DNA from: an uncultured delta proteobacterium
GTDB taxonomy: Bacteria > Desulfobacterota > Binatia > HRBIN30 > BPIQ01
DNA: 64,000 nt
Assembly: GCA_963761335.1 (NCBI GenBank)
Contig: CAVXGR010000011.1
Coordinates: forward strand, 512,001 to 576,000
Reading direction: 5' to 3'
Shown here piece after piece: positions 27,801 through 35,444 of this stretch. A program made the position numbers and the translations under genes. Each line of letters opens with the position of its first letter. The first letter of the stretch is position 1. Below the pieces are notes generated by a model, which was given only the letters and a program-made list of their open reading frames with translations, had not been told where the DNA came from and did not search any database.

Positions 27801-29346
27801 GGCCCAGTACCTGGCGCTCGCCGAGGTGCAGGTGTGGCGCGGCAATGGGCCGATTCCGCCGACGGCGACGCCGACGAATACGGACACGCCGATGCCGGCG
27901 AGCACGGCGACACCGACCAGCGGCGGCGGGCTCATCGACATCGCCCTCCACCAGCCCGCCACGCAGTCGAGCACGCTCTCCGGCGCCGACGCCGCGCGCG
28001 CCGTCGACGGCAACACCAGCGGCAACTGGAACGACAACTCCCTCACCCACACCAACTTCGACTATCAGGGGTGGTGGCAGGTCGACCTGGGCACCGTGGC
28101 CCCGATCAACAGCATCGACGTCTGGAACCGCACCGACTGCTGCTCCGAACGTCTCAGCAACTTCTACGTCCTGGTCTCCGACACGCCGTTCACCTCGACC
28201 GACCTGAACGCGACCAGGAACCAGTCCGGCGTCTCCGCGTACTACGTCTCCGGAACCGCCGGCAGCCCGACCAGCGTTCCCGTGGATCGCAGCGGCCGCT
28301 ACGTGCGCGTGCAGCTGAGCGGCGCCGAGTACCTGGCGCTCGCCGAGGTGCAGATCTGGAGCAGTGGCGGGCCGCTACCGCCCACCTTCACGCCGACGGC
28401 GACTCCGGCCGGCGGCGGCGCCGGAGTGAACCTGGCGCTCGGGCAGCCGGCGTCGCAGTCGAGCACGATGATCGGCGCGGTGGCCAGCCGCGCCGTCGAC
28501 GGCAACACCAGCGGCAACTGGAGCGACGGCTCGGTCACCCACACCAACTTCGACTTCCAGGCGTGGTGGCAGGTCGACCTCGGCTCGGTGCAGTCGGTCG
28601 GCGACGTCGACGTGTGGAACCGCACCGACTGCTGCGGCGATCGGGTCACCTCGTTCTACGTCCTGGTGTCGGAATCGCCGTTCGCCAGCGACAACCTCGG
28701 CAACCTGCTCGACGATCCCGCGGTCACCGGCTTCTACGTCGACGGTCAGGCCGGGACGCCGACCACGGTCACGGTCAACCGCCTGGCGCGCTACGTGCGC
28801 GTGCAGCTGAGCGGCGCCAACTACCTGAACCTCGCCGAGGTCCAGGTGATGGGCGCCGGCGGACCGCTGCCGCCGACGCCGACACCGACGGCGACCGTGC
28901 AGATGGGCTCGACCAATCTCTCCCTCGGCCGGCCGGCGACGCAGTCCAGCACCATCGAGGGCGCCATCGCCGCACGCGCCGTCGACGGCAACACCAACGG
29001 CAACTGGTCAGCCGGCTCGGTCTCGCACACCAACTTCGACGTCGAGTCGTGGTGGCAGGTCGATCTCGGCGCCGTGCAGCCGATCAGCGTCGTCGACGTG
29101 TGGAACCGCACCGACTGCTGCGGCGACCGCCTGACGTCGTTCTACGTCCTGGTCTCCGACACGCCGTTCACCTCGAACGACCTGGATACGGCCAAGAGTC
29201 AGTCCGGTGTCAGCTCCTACTTCGTCAGCGGCCGCGCCATGACGCCGACCATGGTCGGCGTCAGCCGCACCGGCCGCTACGTGCGCGTCCAGTTCCCCCG
29301 GCAGGAATACCTGGCCCTCGCCGAAGTCCAGGTCTGGGGACAGTGA
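24856..29346 (+). CDS. Secreted NHL-repeat beta-propeller protein with Thr-Pro linker and four F-type lectin (FTP/F5-8 type C) domains
   Basis: Repeated GYSGDGGPATxAxL NHL blades; 4x AVDGNT..THT..WWQVDLG..WNRTDCCxxR; start 24856 or 24862. Confidence 0.92.
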   Translation: MGMRYRAKQNPTRRKSFVPVLWTLPLLLALAGTSLASGIIDTMVGGSNGDGYPADVATSNPKGLALDPSGNLFFADTFDNRVRRVDERTNIITSVAGIGLFGYSGDGGPGTEAKLGYPTGVASDSQGNIYFADQLNHRVRRIDHFTGIIITVAGNGSSGYGGDGGLATSAKLNYPSGVSIAADGSLLIADSSNNRIRRVAAGIITTVAGTGVSGYDASSEGAPANQSRVSNPTDVVADSQGGYYIADRGNCRIRYVDGLSANARIFTIAGISTCGFSGDGGPAIEAKLNGPQYLSLYADHFLYVAELITPRVRRIDLSTGIISSYAGVGFPGYDGDGGPATQAHIDGPAGLANDAAGGLYIGESSGGRVRYVDPSGVISTVVGGGNGDGLPADVAKVEPQRMTFDRDGNLLISDRGTNSVRRIDALTNVTSTLAGSGVYGYSGDGGLATAAKLAYPTGLAADNDGNVYVVDQLNQRVRRIDRNGVITTFAGNGSSGYGGDGGPATSARLNYPQGATLAPDGSLVIADSSNQRVRRVSPQGIITTIAGNGLLGYSGDGVAATSTRLSNPTDVAYDDAGNLYIADRNNCRVRLVDVNGIISTIAGSGGCAFGGDGGPATQAYLNGPLVLAWDPRGALYIAEEFMPRVRQVDLGSGIITTYAGTGVPGYSGDGGPANQAQLKRTSGVLVDAGLRLLYIADSDAQNIRSVELDSSNPPAATATPTPIPWTPTAPPTPTSTPLPSTPTPTPIPSTPTAPATASPTRTATVTRTPTRTGTPTQTPTVTRTPTSTNTPFLTFTATRTLTPTRTGTATLTATLSPTPTRTAIPPTATHTAVPPTATRTLTPTPAWTATPAVNLALGQAAAQSSVLDGAVPSRAVDGNTNGNWSGGSVTHTNLNQDPWWQVDLGVVDSIASVDVWNRTDCCGDRLKGFYVLVSDVPFTSTGLASTLSQSGVSSYFVAGQAGSPTNVPVNRSGRYLRVQISGAQYLALAEVQVWRGNGPIPPTATPTNTDTPMPASTATPTSGGGLIDIALHQPATQSSTLSGADAARAVDGNTSGNWNDNSLTHTNFDYQGWWQVDLGTVAPINSIDVWNRTDCCSERLSNFYVLVSDTPFTSTDLNATRNQSGVSAYYVSGTAGSPTSVPVDRSGRYVRVQLSGAEYLALAEVQIWSSGGPLPPTFTPTATPAGGGAGVNLALGQPASQSSTMIGAVASRAVDGNTSGNWSDGSVTHTNFDFQAWWQVDLGSVQSVGDVDVWNRTDCCGDRVTSFYVLVSESPFASDNLGNLLDDPAVTGFYVDGQAGTPTTVTVNRLARYVRVQLSGANYLNLAEVQVMGAGGPLPPTPTPTATVQMGSTNLSLGRPATQSSTIEGAIAARAVDGNTNGNWSAGSVSHTNFDVESWWQVDLGAVQPISVVDVWNRTDCCGDRLTSFYVLVSDTPFTSNDLDTAKSQSGVSSYFVSGRAMTPTMVGVSRTGRYVRVQFPRQEYLALAEVQVWGQ

Positions 29347-29350
29347 GGCA

Positions 29351-29463
29351 GGTTGTTGAGTTGTTAGGTTGTTGGTTGTGAGGTGCTCGGGGTCGGAATC
29401 GGCATCGATTCCGATCCCGACTGGTCAACCTAACAACCTAACAACCAACAACCTAACAACCTG
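29351..29463. repeat. Repeat family A variant with central hairpin, between convergent genes
   Basis: GGTTGTTGAGTTGTTAGGTTGTTGG..CCTAACAACCTAACAACCAACAACC; central GTCGGAATCG..CGATTCCGA. Confidence 0.85.
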
Positions 29464-29469
29464 CCCTTC

Positions 29470-30129
29470 TCACCGGCGGGCTTTGGTGCGCGTGCGCTGC
29501 TGGCGGCGCGCCGCGGCGCGGTTTCCGGAGGCGGCGACGGCCGGCTCGGGCACCTTCGGCTGCACCCAGCGGATCAGCTGGCGGAAGTGGACGCCGGCCC
29601 AGATGACCACTGGGAACAGCTGCGTGTCGAAGCTCTCGAAGAAGGCGTCGGTGAACTGGTAGATCGTGCGCTGGGTGTTGCTGTAGAACTCGAAGCTGAA
29701 GCCGCCGAGCTGCCAGGCCCAGGTGGACTTGATGGCCACCACCAGACCGATCACCTGGAGCGCCATGGCGACGCCGACGGCGATCCCCAGGCGCACGAAG
29801 CGCGCCCTCCAGGTCGGCGCCGGAGTGGCGAGCATGAGCGGGATCAGCAGCACCATGTTCGCCTGCACCCAGTCCGCCGGGATTCCCGGAGGGTGCAGGT
29901 GGGGGAACATGCGGTGCACGAAGAAGATGCCCCTGCCCTGCGCGAACACCGTGGTGGCGGCGCGCGTCGGCGGCGGTCCGAAGAGCTCGGTGGCGCGCAT
30001 GGCGACCTGCGCCATGGCGGCGAGCAGCCTGGTGTAGAACGGCGCCACGTACTCCCAGAGGAAGTAGGTCAGCGCGAAGAAGAACAGCAGGCGCGCCAGG
30101 AAGACGATGGGCTTAACGCCCAGGGGCAT
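29470..30129 (-). CDS. Exosortase H-associated membrane protein
   Basis: Multi-TM, NMVLLIPLMLATP motif; overlaps the exosortase stop. Confidence 0.7.
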   Translation of the reverse strand: MPLGVKPIVFLARLLFFFALTYFLWEYVAPFYTRLLAAMAQVAMRATELFGPPPTRAATTVFAQGRGIFFVHRMFPHLHPPGIPADWVQANMVLLIPLMLATPAPTWRARFVRLGIAVGVAMALQVIGLVVAIKSTWAWQLGGFSFEFYSNTQRTIYQFTDAFFESFDTQLFPVVIWAGVHFRQLIRWVQPKVPEPAVAASGNRAAARRQQRTRTKARR

Positions 30130-30655
30130 GCACGAATCGTCCGGCCCAGAAGAGCCAAGTTGCGACCGCCACCGCGACCACCAGCGCCTGGGCGATGTAC
30201 ACGTGCGTGTCGTGGAAGAGCTGGGCGTAGTAGATGCCGATCAGGAACAGGGCGACGACGCGGATCAGGTTCAAGCCGTTGATCACCAGAAGCCCCAGCA
30301 CGGAGCCGATCACCTTGGCGCGCGCCGACGCCGGGTACGCCAGAACCGCCGACAGATAGATCATGCTGGGCACCGCCCCCGAGCACGCCGGGCTGACGTC
30401 CACCTCGAACTGTCCGGAGCCGAGAATGGTGCCGTTGCGGCTGACGTCGAAGCCGAGGAAGTGGCCGACGCCGTCGAGAAACAGCCAGCTGAGAAAAGCG
30501 CTGACCCTCGCCAACCCGGAGGCGAGATCGATGCGCTCGACGATCGGGGTGTAGGTCAGCATGGTGAAGAACACCACGATGAGCAGCACGAAAAGGCTCA
30601 CCACCCGGATTCCCACCCAGTTGGCAACAATCATCTGGCGAATGCGATCAAACAT
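30113..30655 (-). CDS. xrtH: Exosortase H/archaeosortase-type protein-sorting transpeptidase
   Basis: Short multi-TM protein with catalytic Cys (PACSG), Arg (NLIRV) and His (THVY); AVLAYPAS motif. Confidence 0.85.
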   Translation of the reverse strand: MFDRIRQMIVANWVGIRVVSLFVLLIVVFFTMLTYTPIVERIDLASGLARVSAFLSWLFLDGVGHFLGFDVSRNGTILGSGQFEVDVSPACSGAVPSMIYLSAVLAYPASARAKVIGSVLGLLVINGLNLIRVVALFLIGIYYAQLFHDTHVYIAQALVVAVAVATWLFWAGRFVHAPGR

Positions 30656-30707
30656 CGAGGCGGGGGAACGGGCTGTCGGCGGATTCTACGGCGGGCTCGG
30701 TGAATGG

Positions 30708-30917
30708 TCAAGGTTGGGCGCCGGAGGAGGCTTGATATCCCGGGCAGGCGCGCACCGGCAGCGGCGGGTAGCGCGGCAGCTCCGGCCGGCGCGCCGACAG
30801 GCCGCACATGACGAACAGGGAGCCGCGGCGCGTGCGCACGGCGCGGCTGTGAACGCAGGTCGCGCACAGCCCCGCTCCGCGAGGAATGGCGCCTTCGACA
30901 GAGTATGGATCTTTCAT
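30708..30917 (-). CDS. Small 4-Cys hypothetical protein
   Basis: GLCATC..RGSLFVMC..PRYPPLPVRACPGY; same strand, 52 bp upstream of xrtH. Confidence 0.65.
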   Translation of the reverse strand: MKDPYSVEGAIPRGAGLCATCVHSRAVRTRRGSLFVMCGLSARRPELPRYPPLPVRACPGYQASSGAQP

Positions 30918-30999
30918 GGAGTATGGGGACAGCCTACATTTGCCTCTCGTCGTCTCTCGAAGGCAACAACCTCGTTCGCAAAGGTTGCCTGGGGCTGGC

Positions 31000-31118
31000 G
31001 GCTGTCTCGAAACCAGAGTAGAAGCGCCGTCCCGGCGCTTTCCGAAGCGGCGAGACGCCGCTTCTACCTTGGCCCGCGGGCCGGCGGAACCGTTTTGCCC
31101 GGGTTTTGAGACAGCCTC
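31000..31118. mobile_element. MITE-like family E copy with REP doublet
   Basis: Reverse near-copy of 7978-8094. Confidence 0.75.
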
Positions 31119-31238
31119 TAGTGTCCCGGGGTTACACTACGAGGGCCGGGGCCTTCGGTGAAGCATTCTTGCGCCGAAAAGGAGCACTGTCCCCAGCAAC
31201 CTTTTGACTTTGGCCCGCCGACATTTCAAGGATGCGGA

Positions 31239-31703
31239 ATGACATCGGGAGAGGGAGATGCCGGGGCGCTGCAGCGCCTCTCGCACCTGGGGATCTGCGT
31301 TTCCGACATGGAGCGCTCGTTGCGCTTCTACCGCGACGTCCTCGGCTTCCGCTATGTCTCGGAGCTGCAGGTGGCCGGCGAGCCGGGCAATACGCTCCTG
31401 CGGCTGCCCGACGTCGATCTGCGTGCCGTCTATCTCGAGCGCGACGGCACGCGCATCGAGCTGCTCCACTACCGCTCGCCGGGGCACAGCGGCGAGCCGC
31501 GGCCGCGGCCGATGAATCAGCTCGGCCTCACGCACCTCTCCTTCCGCGTCGTGGACCTCACGGCCGTCGTCGCGCGACTGGAAGCCGCCGGCACACACAT
31601 CCTCGCCGATACCCGTATCGACGTTCCGCAGGTCGGCGCCGCCGCCATCTTCGTCACCGACCCCGACGGCGTCCTCGTCGAGCTGGTTCAATCCCCCTCG
31701 TGA
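31239..31703 (+). CDS. VOC/glyoxalase family protein
   Basis: HLGICVSDMERSLRFYRDVLGF, IELL, THLSFRV, FVTDPDGVLVELVQ. Confidence 0.92.
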   Translation: MTSGEGDAGALQRLSHLGICVSDMERSLRFYRDVLGFRYVSELQVAGEPGNTLLRLPDVDLRAVYLERDGTRIELLHYRSPGHSGEPRPRPMNQLGLTHLSFRVVDLTAVVARLEAAGTHILADTRIDVPQVGAAAIFVTDPDGVLVELVQSPS

Positions 31704-31770
31704 TTCGGCGACCCCCAACAGCCAGCACCTCACCAAAAGGCGGCCAAGATGGCCGCGCTCCCAGGAGGCC

Positions 31771-32718
31771 TCAGGGAATCACCAGCACCTTGAGGACGCC
31801 GGGCTCGGCGGCATGGTGCAGCGCCTCGGCGGCGCGCTCGAGGGGAAAGCGGGCAGCGATCAGCGAGGCGACCTCGACGCTGCCGGCGGCGAGCGCGGCG
31901 AGCGCCGGCGGAAAAGGACCGCAGCGCGAGCCCACCACGGTGATCTCGTTGATCACCAGCGGCGCCAGATCGATCTCGGCGGCGCCGGCGACGGTGCTCT
32001 TGAGGACGAGAATGCCCCGCGGCCGCGTCGCCGCGGCGGCGAGCGAGAAGCCCGCGGCCGTGCCGGTGGCCTCGACGACCACATCCGCGGGCCGCCGATC
32101 CCACTCCGCAATCGGCGCGGTGGCGATCCCGCGGCGGCGCAGCAGCGCCAGCTTGTGGTCGTGCTTGCCGACCGCGAGGACGGCGACGCCGGCCTGGTGC
32201 AGCACCTGCGCCACCAGCAGCCCGAGCTTGCCGTCGCCGAGCACCACCGCCTCGGCGCCCGGGGCCGGCTGCACCTGCTCGAGGATCTCGAAGGCGGCGG
32301 CGAGCGGCTCGGCGAACACCGCGACCTCGTCGGCGACCTCGTCCGGCACGGCGTGGAGGTTGGCCACCGGCACCGCGACGCGCTCGGCGAAGGCACCGTC
32401 GGCGCCGAGGATGCCCATCACCTGCCGCCGGGGGCAATGGCGCCCGAGACCGCGATCACAGAAAGCGCAGGCGCCGCACGCAAAGTTGATCTCGCCGACG
32501 ACGCGTCGCCCGATCCATTCGGCGGGGCCTTCCAGCACGGTTCCGGTGAACTCGTGGCCGAGGATGCCGCGGAAGCCCATGTAGCCGCGCACCAGCTCCA
32601 GGTCGGTGTTGCAGACCCCGGCCGCGGTCACCGCCACCACCGCGGTCCCGGAAGCGGCGCGCGGTGCGGGGCGATCCGCAGCTCGCGCCGCCGCCCCGTC
32701 CCAGAAGAGCGCCCGCAT
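31771..32718 (-). CDS. Zinc-dependent alcohol dehydrogenase (MDR family)
   Basis: GVCNTD, LGHEFTG, CGACAFC..C, GDGKLG. Confidence 0.92.
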   Translation of the reverse strand: MRALFWDGAAARAADRPAPRAASGTAVVAVTAAGVCNTDLELVRGYMGFRGILGHEFTGTVLEGPAEWIGRRVVGEINFACGACAFCDRGLGRHCPRRQVMGILGADGAFAERVAVPVANLHAVPDEVADEVAVFAEPLAAAFEILEQVQPAPGAEAVVLGDGKLGLLVAQVLHQAGVAVLAVGKHDHKLALLRRRGIATAPIAEWDRRPADVVVEATGTAAGFSLAAAATRPRGILVLKSTVAGAAEIDLAPLVINEITVVGSRCGPFPPALAALAAGSVEVASLIAARFPLERAAEALHHAAEPGVLKVLVIP

Positions 32719-32765
32719 GTCGACGGACGGAGCGGCCGCCGAGCTTCCGGCGGCCGTCCCAATCT

Positions 32766-33356
32766 CTACTTGCGCAGGTTGTTGACGAAGCTCGCTTCCA
32801 TGCGCTCCACGGTGCTGGCGGCGCGCTCGGCGGACTTCGCCGCGGCGGCACTATCCGCTTCCGCTCGTTCGGCCGCCTGCGCCGCGCGGTCGGCGGCGCT
32901 CATGACGCGAGCCATGGCGTCGCTCTTCGGGCCGCCGGCGGCGCAGAGCCGCGGCGCGCTGGCGAGCCGCGTCAGGTCCTCGGCGCGCAGCGGCCCCTCG
33001 TACTTGACGATGCCGTACGCCTGGATGCCGGGAGCGAAGTAGGCGTTGCCGAAGGCCGCCTGCAGGTCCTGGCGCAGGTAGTACACGCGCACCTCGTACG
33101 GCTCCCACGGCGCCTCCGGGCGAATCTCCTGCACCTCGGCGATGTCCGGGTAGCCGAAATAGAGGATGAACTCGCGCAGGTCCGTATTGCGTGTCATCTC
33201 GCGGTTGAGCCGGCCCACGTCGATGGGCTGAGGCTCGCCGATCTCGACGATGTACGGCCGGTTCTCTGGAATCACCCTCCGCACGTTCTCGGCCCGTCCC
33301 CCGGGCGCCGCGGCCAAGACCAGCAGCGCCCCCGTCACGATCGCAAGTCGCTTCAT
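32766..33356 (-). CDS. Secreted hypothetical protein with C-terminal alanine-zipper
   Basis: Signal peptide MKRLAIV..; GGAGG RBS; C-terminus AADRAAQAAERAEA..ERMEASFVNNLRK. Confidence 0.75.
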   Translation of the reverse strand: MKRLAIVTGALLVLAAAPGGRAENVRRVIPENRPYIVEIGEPQPIDVGRLNREMTRNTDLREFILYFGYPDIAEVQEIRPEAPWEPYEVRVYYLRQDLQAAFGNAYFAPGIQAYGIVKYEGPLRAEDLTRLASAPRLCAAGGPKSDAMARVMSAADRAAQAAERAEADSAAAAKSAERAASTVERMEASFVNNLRK

Positions 33357-33467
33357 CGAAGACCTCCAACCCGCTCTATGCAAGCGAATGCGGTGCCATC
33401 TTCCCTGGTGAAGCGGCGCCCGCGCTCGCGCTCCCACGTCTGGTGACCTAGCATAGCAGCTGACCCC

Positions 33468-34646
33468 CTATCTTCTCCAGACCGTGCGGCCGCGGCAGAT
33501 CGTTGCCACCACCTCGAGGTCGCGGTCGAGGATGACACAGTCGCCGAGCCGCCCGGGGGTGATGGCGCCGCAGTCGGTTTCACCGATCAGCGCCGCCGGC
33601 GCCGCGGTGACCGCAGCGATCAGCTCGGGCAGCGGCAGGCGCGGGCACCAGGCCCGCAGGTTGCGCACGGCGCGGTCGAGGCTCAGGCAGCTGCCGGCCA
33701 GCGCCCCGGATCCGGCGAGCCGCACGGCCCCGCCGCCAACGACGCAGCGGACGCCGAACATCTCATACTCACCGTCGGCCATGCCGAGCGCGCCGACGGC
33801 GTCGCTCACCAGCACCGTCTTCCCCGGCGGCTTGCAGCGCAGGGCCAGATCGACGACGCGCGGCGCCAGATGGTGTCCATCGCAGATGAGCTCGACCGAC
33901 AGGCGGTCGTCCGTCAGGGCGACGCCGACCACGCCCGGCTCGCGGTGGTGAAGGCCGCGCATGGCGTTGAAGAGGTGGGTGACGTGCGTGGCACCCGCCT
34001 CGACGCTGCGCAGCATCACCGCCTCGCCGGCGTCCGAATGACCGACGGAGACGGCAATGCCGCGGCGGCGCATGGCGGCGATGAAGGCGAGCGCCTCGTC
34101 GCACTCGGGCGCCAGGGTGATCAGACGCACACGGCCGCCGCAGAGCTCCTGCAGGCGGTCCACCTCGGCTGTCGACGGCGGCCGCATGCACGGCACCGAC
34201 TGCGCCCCGGCACGCAGCGGGCTCAGGTACGGCCCCTCCAGGTGAATGCCGAGGATGCGCGCCCCCGGCTCGCGGCCGGCGACGGCGGCGACGGCGGACA
34301 CTGCCGCGGCGGTGGCCGCCTCTTCGAGCGTGGCAATGGTCGCCAGAAAGCCGCTGACGCCGAAGCGCGCCAGGGTCGCCGAGATGCGCTCGACCGCGGC
34401 GCCGTCCCCTTGCTCGAACATGGCACCGGCGGCGCCGTGGACGTGCACGTCGATGAATCCGGGGGCCACGAAGCTACCGCTGGCGTCGATCACCGCAGCG
34501 GCCCCGGGCCGCAGCCCGGCGGCCACCGCGGCGATACGCCCATTCTCGATGGCGACGTCGACGCCGGGGCGCAAACCGCCGGCGTCGACGACCGTGCCGT
34601 TGCGGATGAGGAGCGGCGGCACTGCGGATCCGGCGATGGCGCTCAT
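33468..34646 (-). CDS. nagA: N-acetylglucosamine-6-phosphate deacetylase
   Basis: PGFIDVHVHG, GIHLEGPY, TLAPE, THLFNAM, HREPG, DGHH, LAGS. Confidence 0.95.
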   Translation of the reverse strand: MSAIAGSAVPPLLIRNGTVVDAGGLRPGVDVAIENGRIAAVAAGLRPGAAAVIDASGSFVAPGFIDVHVHGAAGAMFEQGDGAAVERISATLARFGVSGFLATIATLEEAATAAAVSAVAAVAGREPGARILGIHLEGPYLSPLRAGAQSVPCMRPPSTAEVDRLQELCGGRVRLITLAPECDEALAFIAAMRRRGIAVSVGHSDAGEAVMLRSVEAGATHVTHLFNAMRGLHHREPGVVGVALTDDRLSVELICDGHHLAPRVVDLALRCKPPGKTVLVSDAVGALGMADGEYEMFGVRCVVGGGAVRLAGSGALAGSCLSLDRAVRNLRAWCPRLPLPELIAAVTAAPAALIGETDCGAITPGRLGDCVILDRDLEVVATICRGRTVWRR

Positions 34647-34650
34647 CGGC

Positions 34651-35397
34651 TCACCAGTGGCGGAGGCGCGGCCGCAGGCGCGCCACTTCCTTCATGACGT
34701 CGCCGAGGTCGGCGGCGCCGACGTTGGCGCTCGGCAGGTTCACCACCTCGACACCGGCGGCAACCAGCCGTTCCATCACCTCGATCATCAGCGCCTGCAC
34801 GACCGCGGCGCCGAGCACCGTCGAGGTCGGGCCCACGGGATAGCGCACGCCGGGCATGCGCAGGGCGGCGTCGCCGCGAGCCCCTCCCGTGTCGAGGACG
34901 ACGTCGGCGATGTCGCGCAGATGTGCGGCGCCTCGCCCGCCGCCGTCGGCAGCCGCCGCACTGGTCACGGCGATCACCGGCATGCCCTTCGCCTTCATCA
35001 GCACCGCCATCTCCACGGGCGCCGGGTTGCGCCCGGAGTGCGAGATGACCACGCCGGCATCCACGGCGCGCAGGTCGTAGCCGGCGGCGATCTGCGCCGC
35101 AGCCCCCGGCGTGCGCTCCGTCTCCGTGCTGCGCGCCGCGCCACCGCTGAGCACCACTGTCGTATCGAGCATGGCATTCACCGCTGCCAAGCCGCCGGCG
35201 CGGTAGAAGACCTCCTCGGCGATCATGTGCGAGTGGCCGGTGCCGAAGAGGTGCAGCACACCGCCGCCGGCGAGGCGCGCCGCGATCAGATCGGCCGCCT
35301 GCCGCAGCGGCTCCCGCTGGGCATTGCGGAAGCGCTCGAGCAGCTCGACGAGTCGCTCGAGGTACACATCGACGGTGGAAAGCGCCGGGGTGCTCAT
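34651..35397 (-). CDS. SIS domain sugar isomerase-like protein
   Basis: FGTGHSHMIAEEVFYRAGGLA, ISHSGRN, GPTST. Confidence 0.9.
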   Translation of the reverse strand: MSTPALSTVDVYLERLVELLERFRNAQREPLRQAADLIAARLAGGGVLHLFGTGHSHMIAEEVFYRAGGLAAVNAMLDTTVVLSGGAARSTETERTPGAAAQIAAGYDLRAVDAGVVISHSGRNPAPVEMAVLMKAKGMPVIAVTSAAAADGGGRGAAHLRDIADVVLDTGGARGDAALRMPGVRYPVGPTSTVLGAAVVQALMIEVMERLVAAGVEVVNLPSANVGAADLGDVMKEVARLRPRLRHW

Positions 35398-35444
35398 CGA
35401 GGCGGCGCGACCGTATCAGCTCCGCGCCGCGAGGTCCACGCTCT

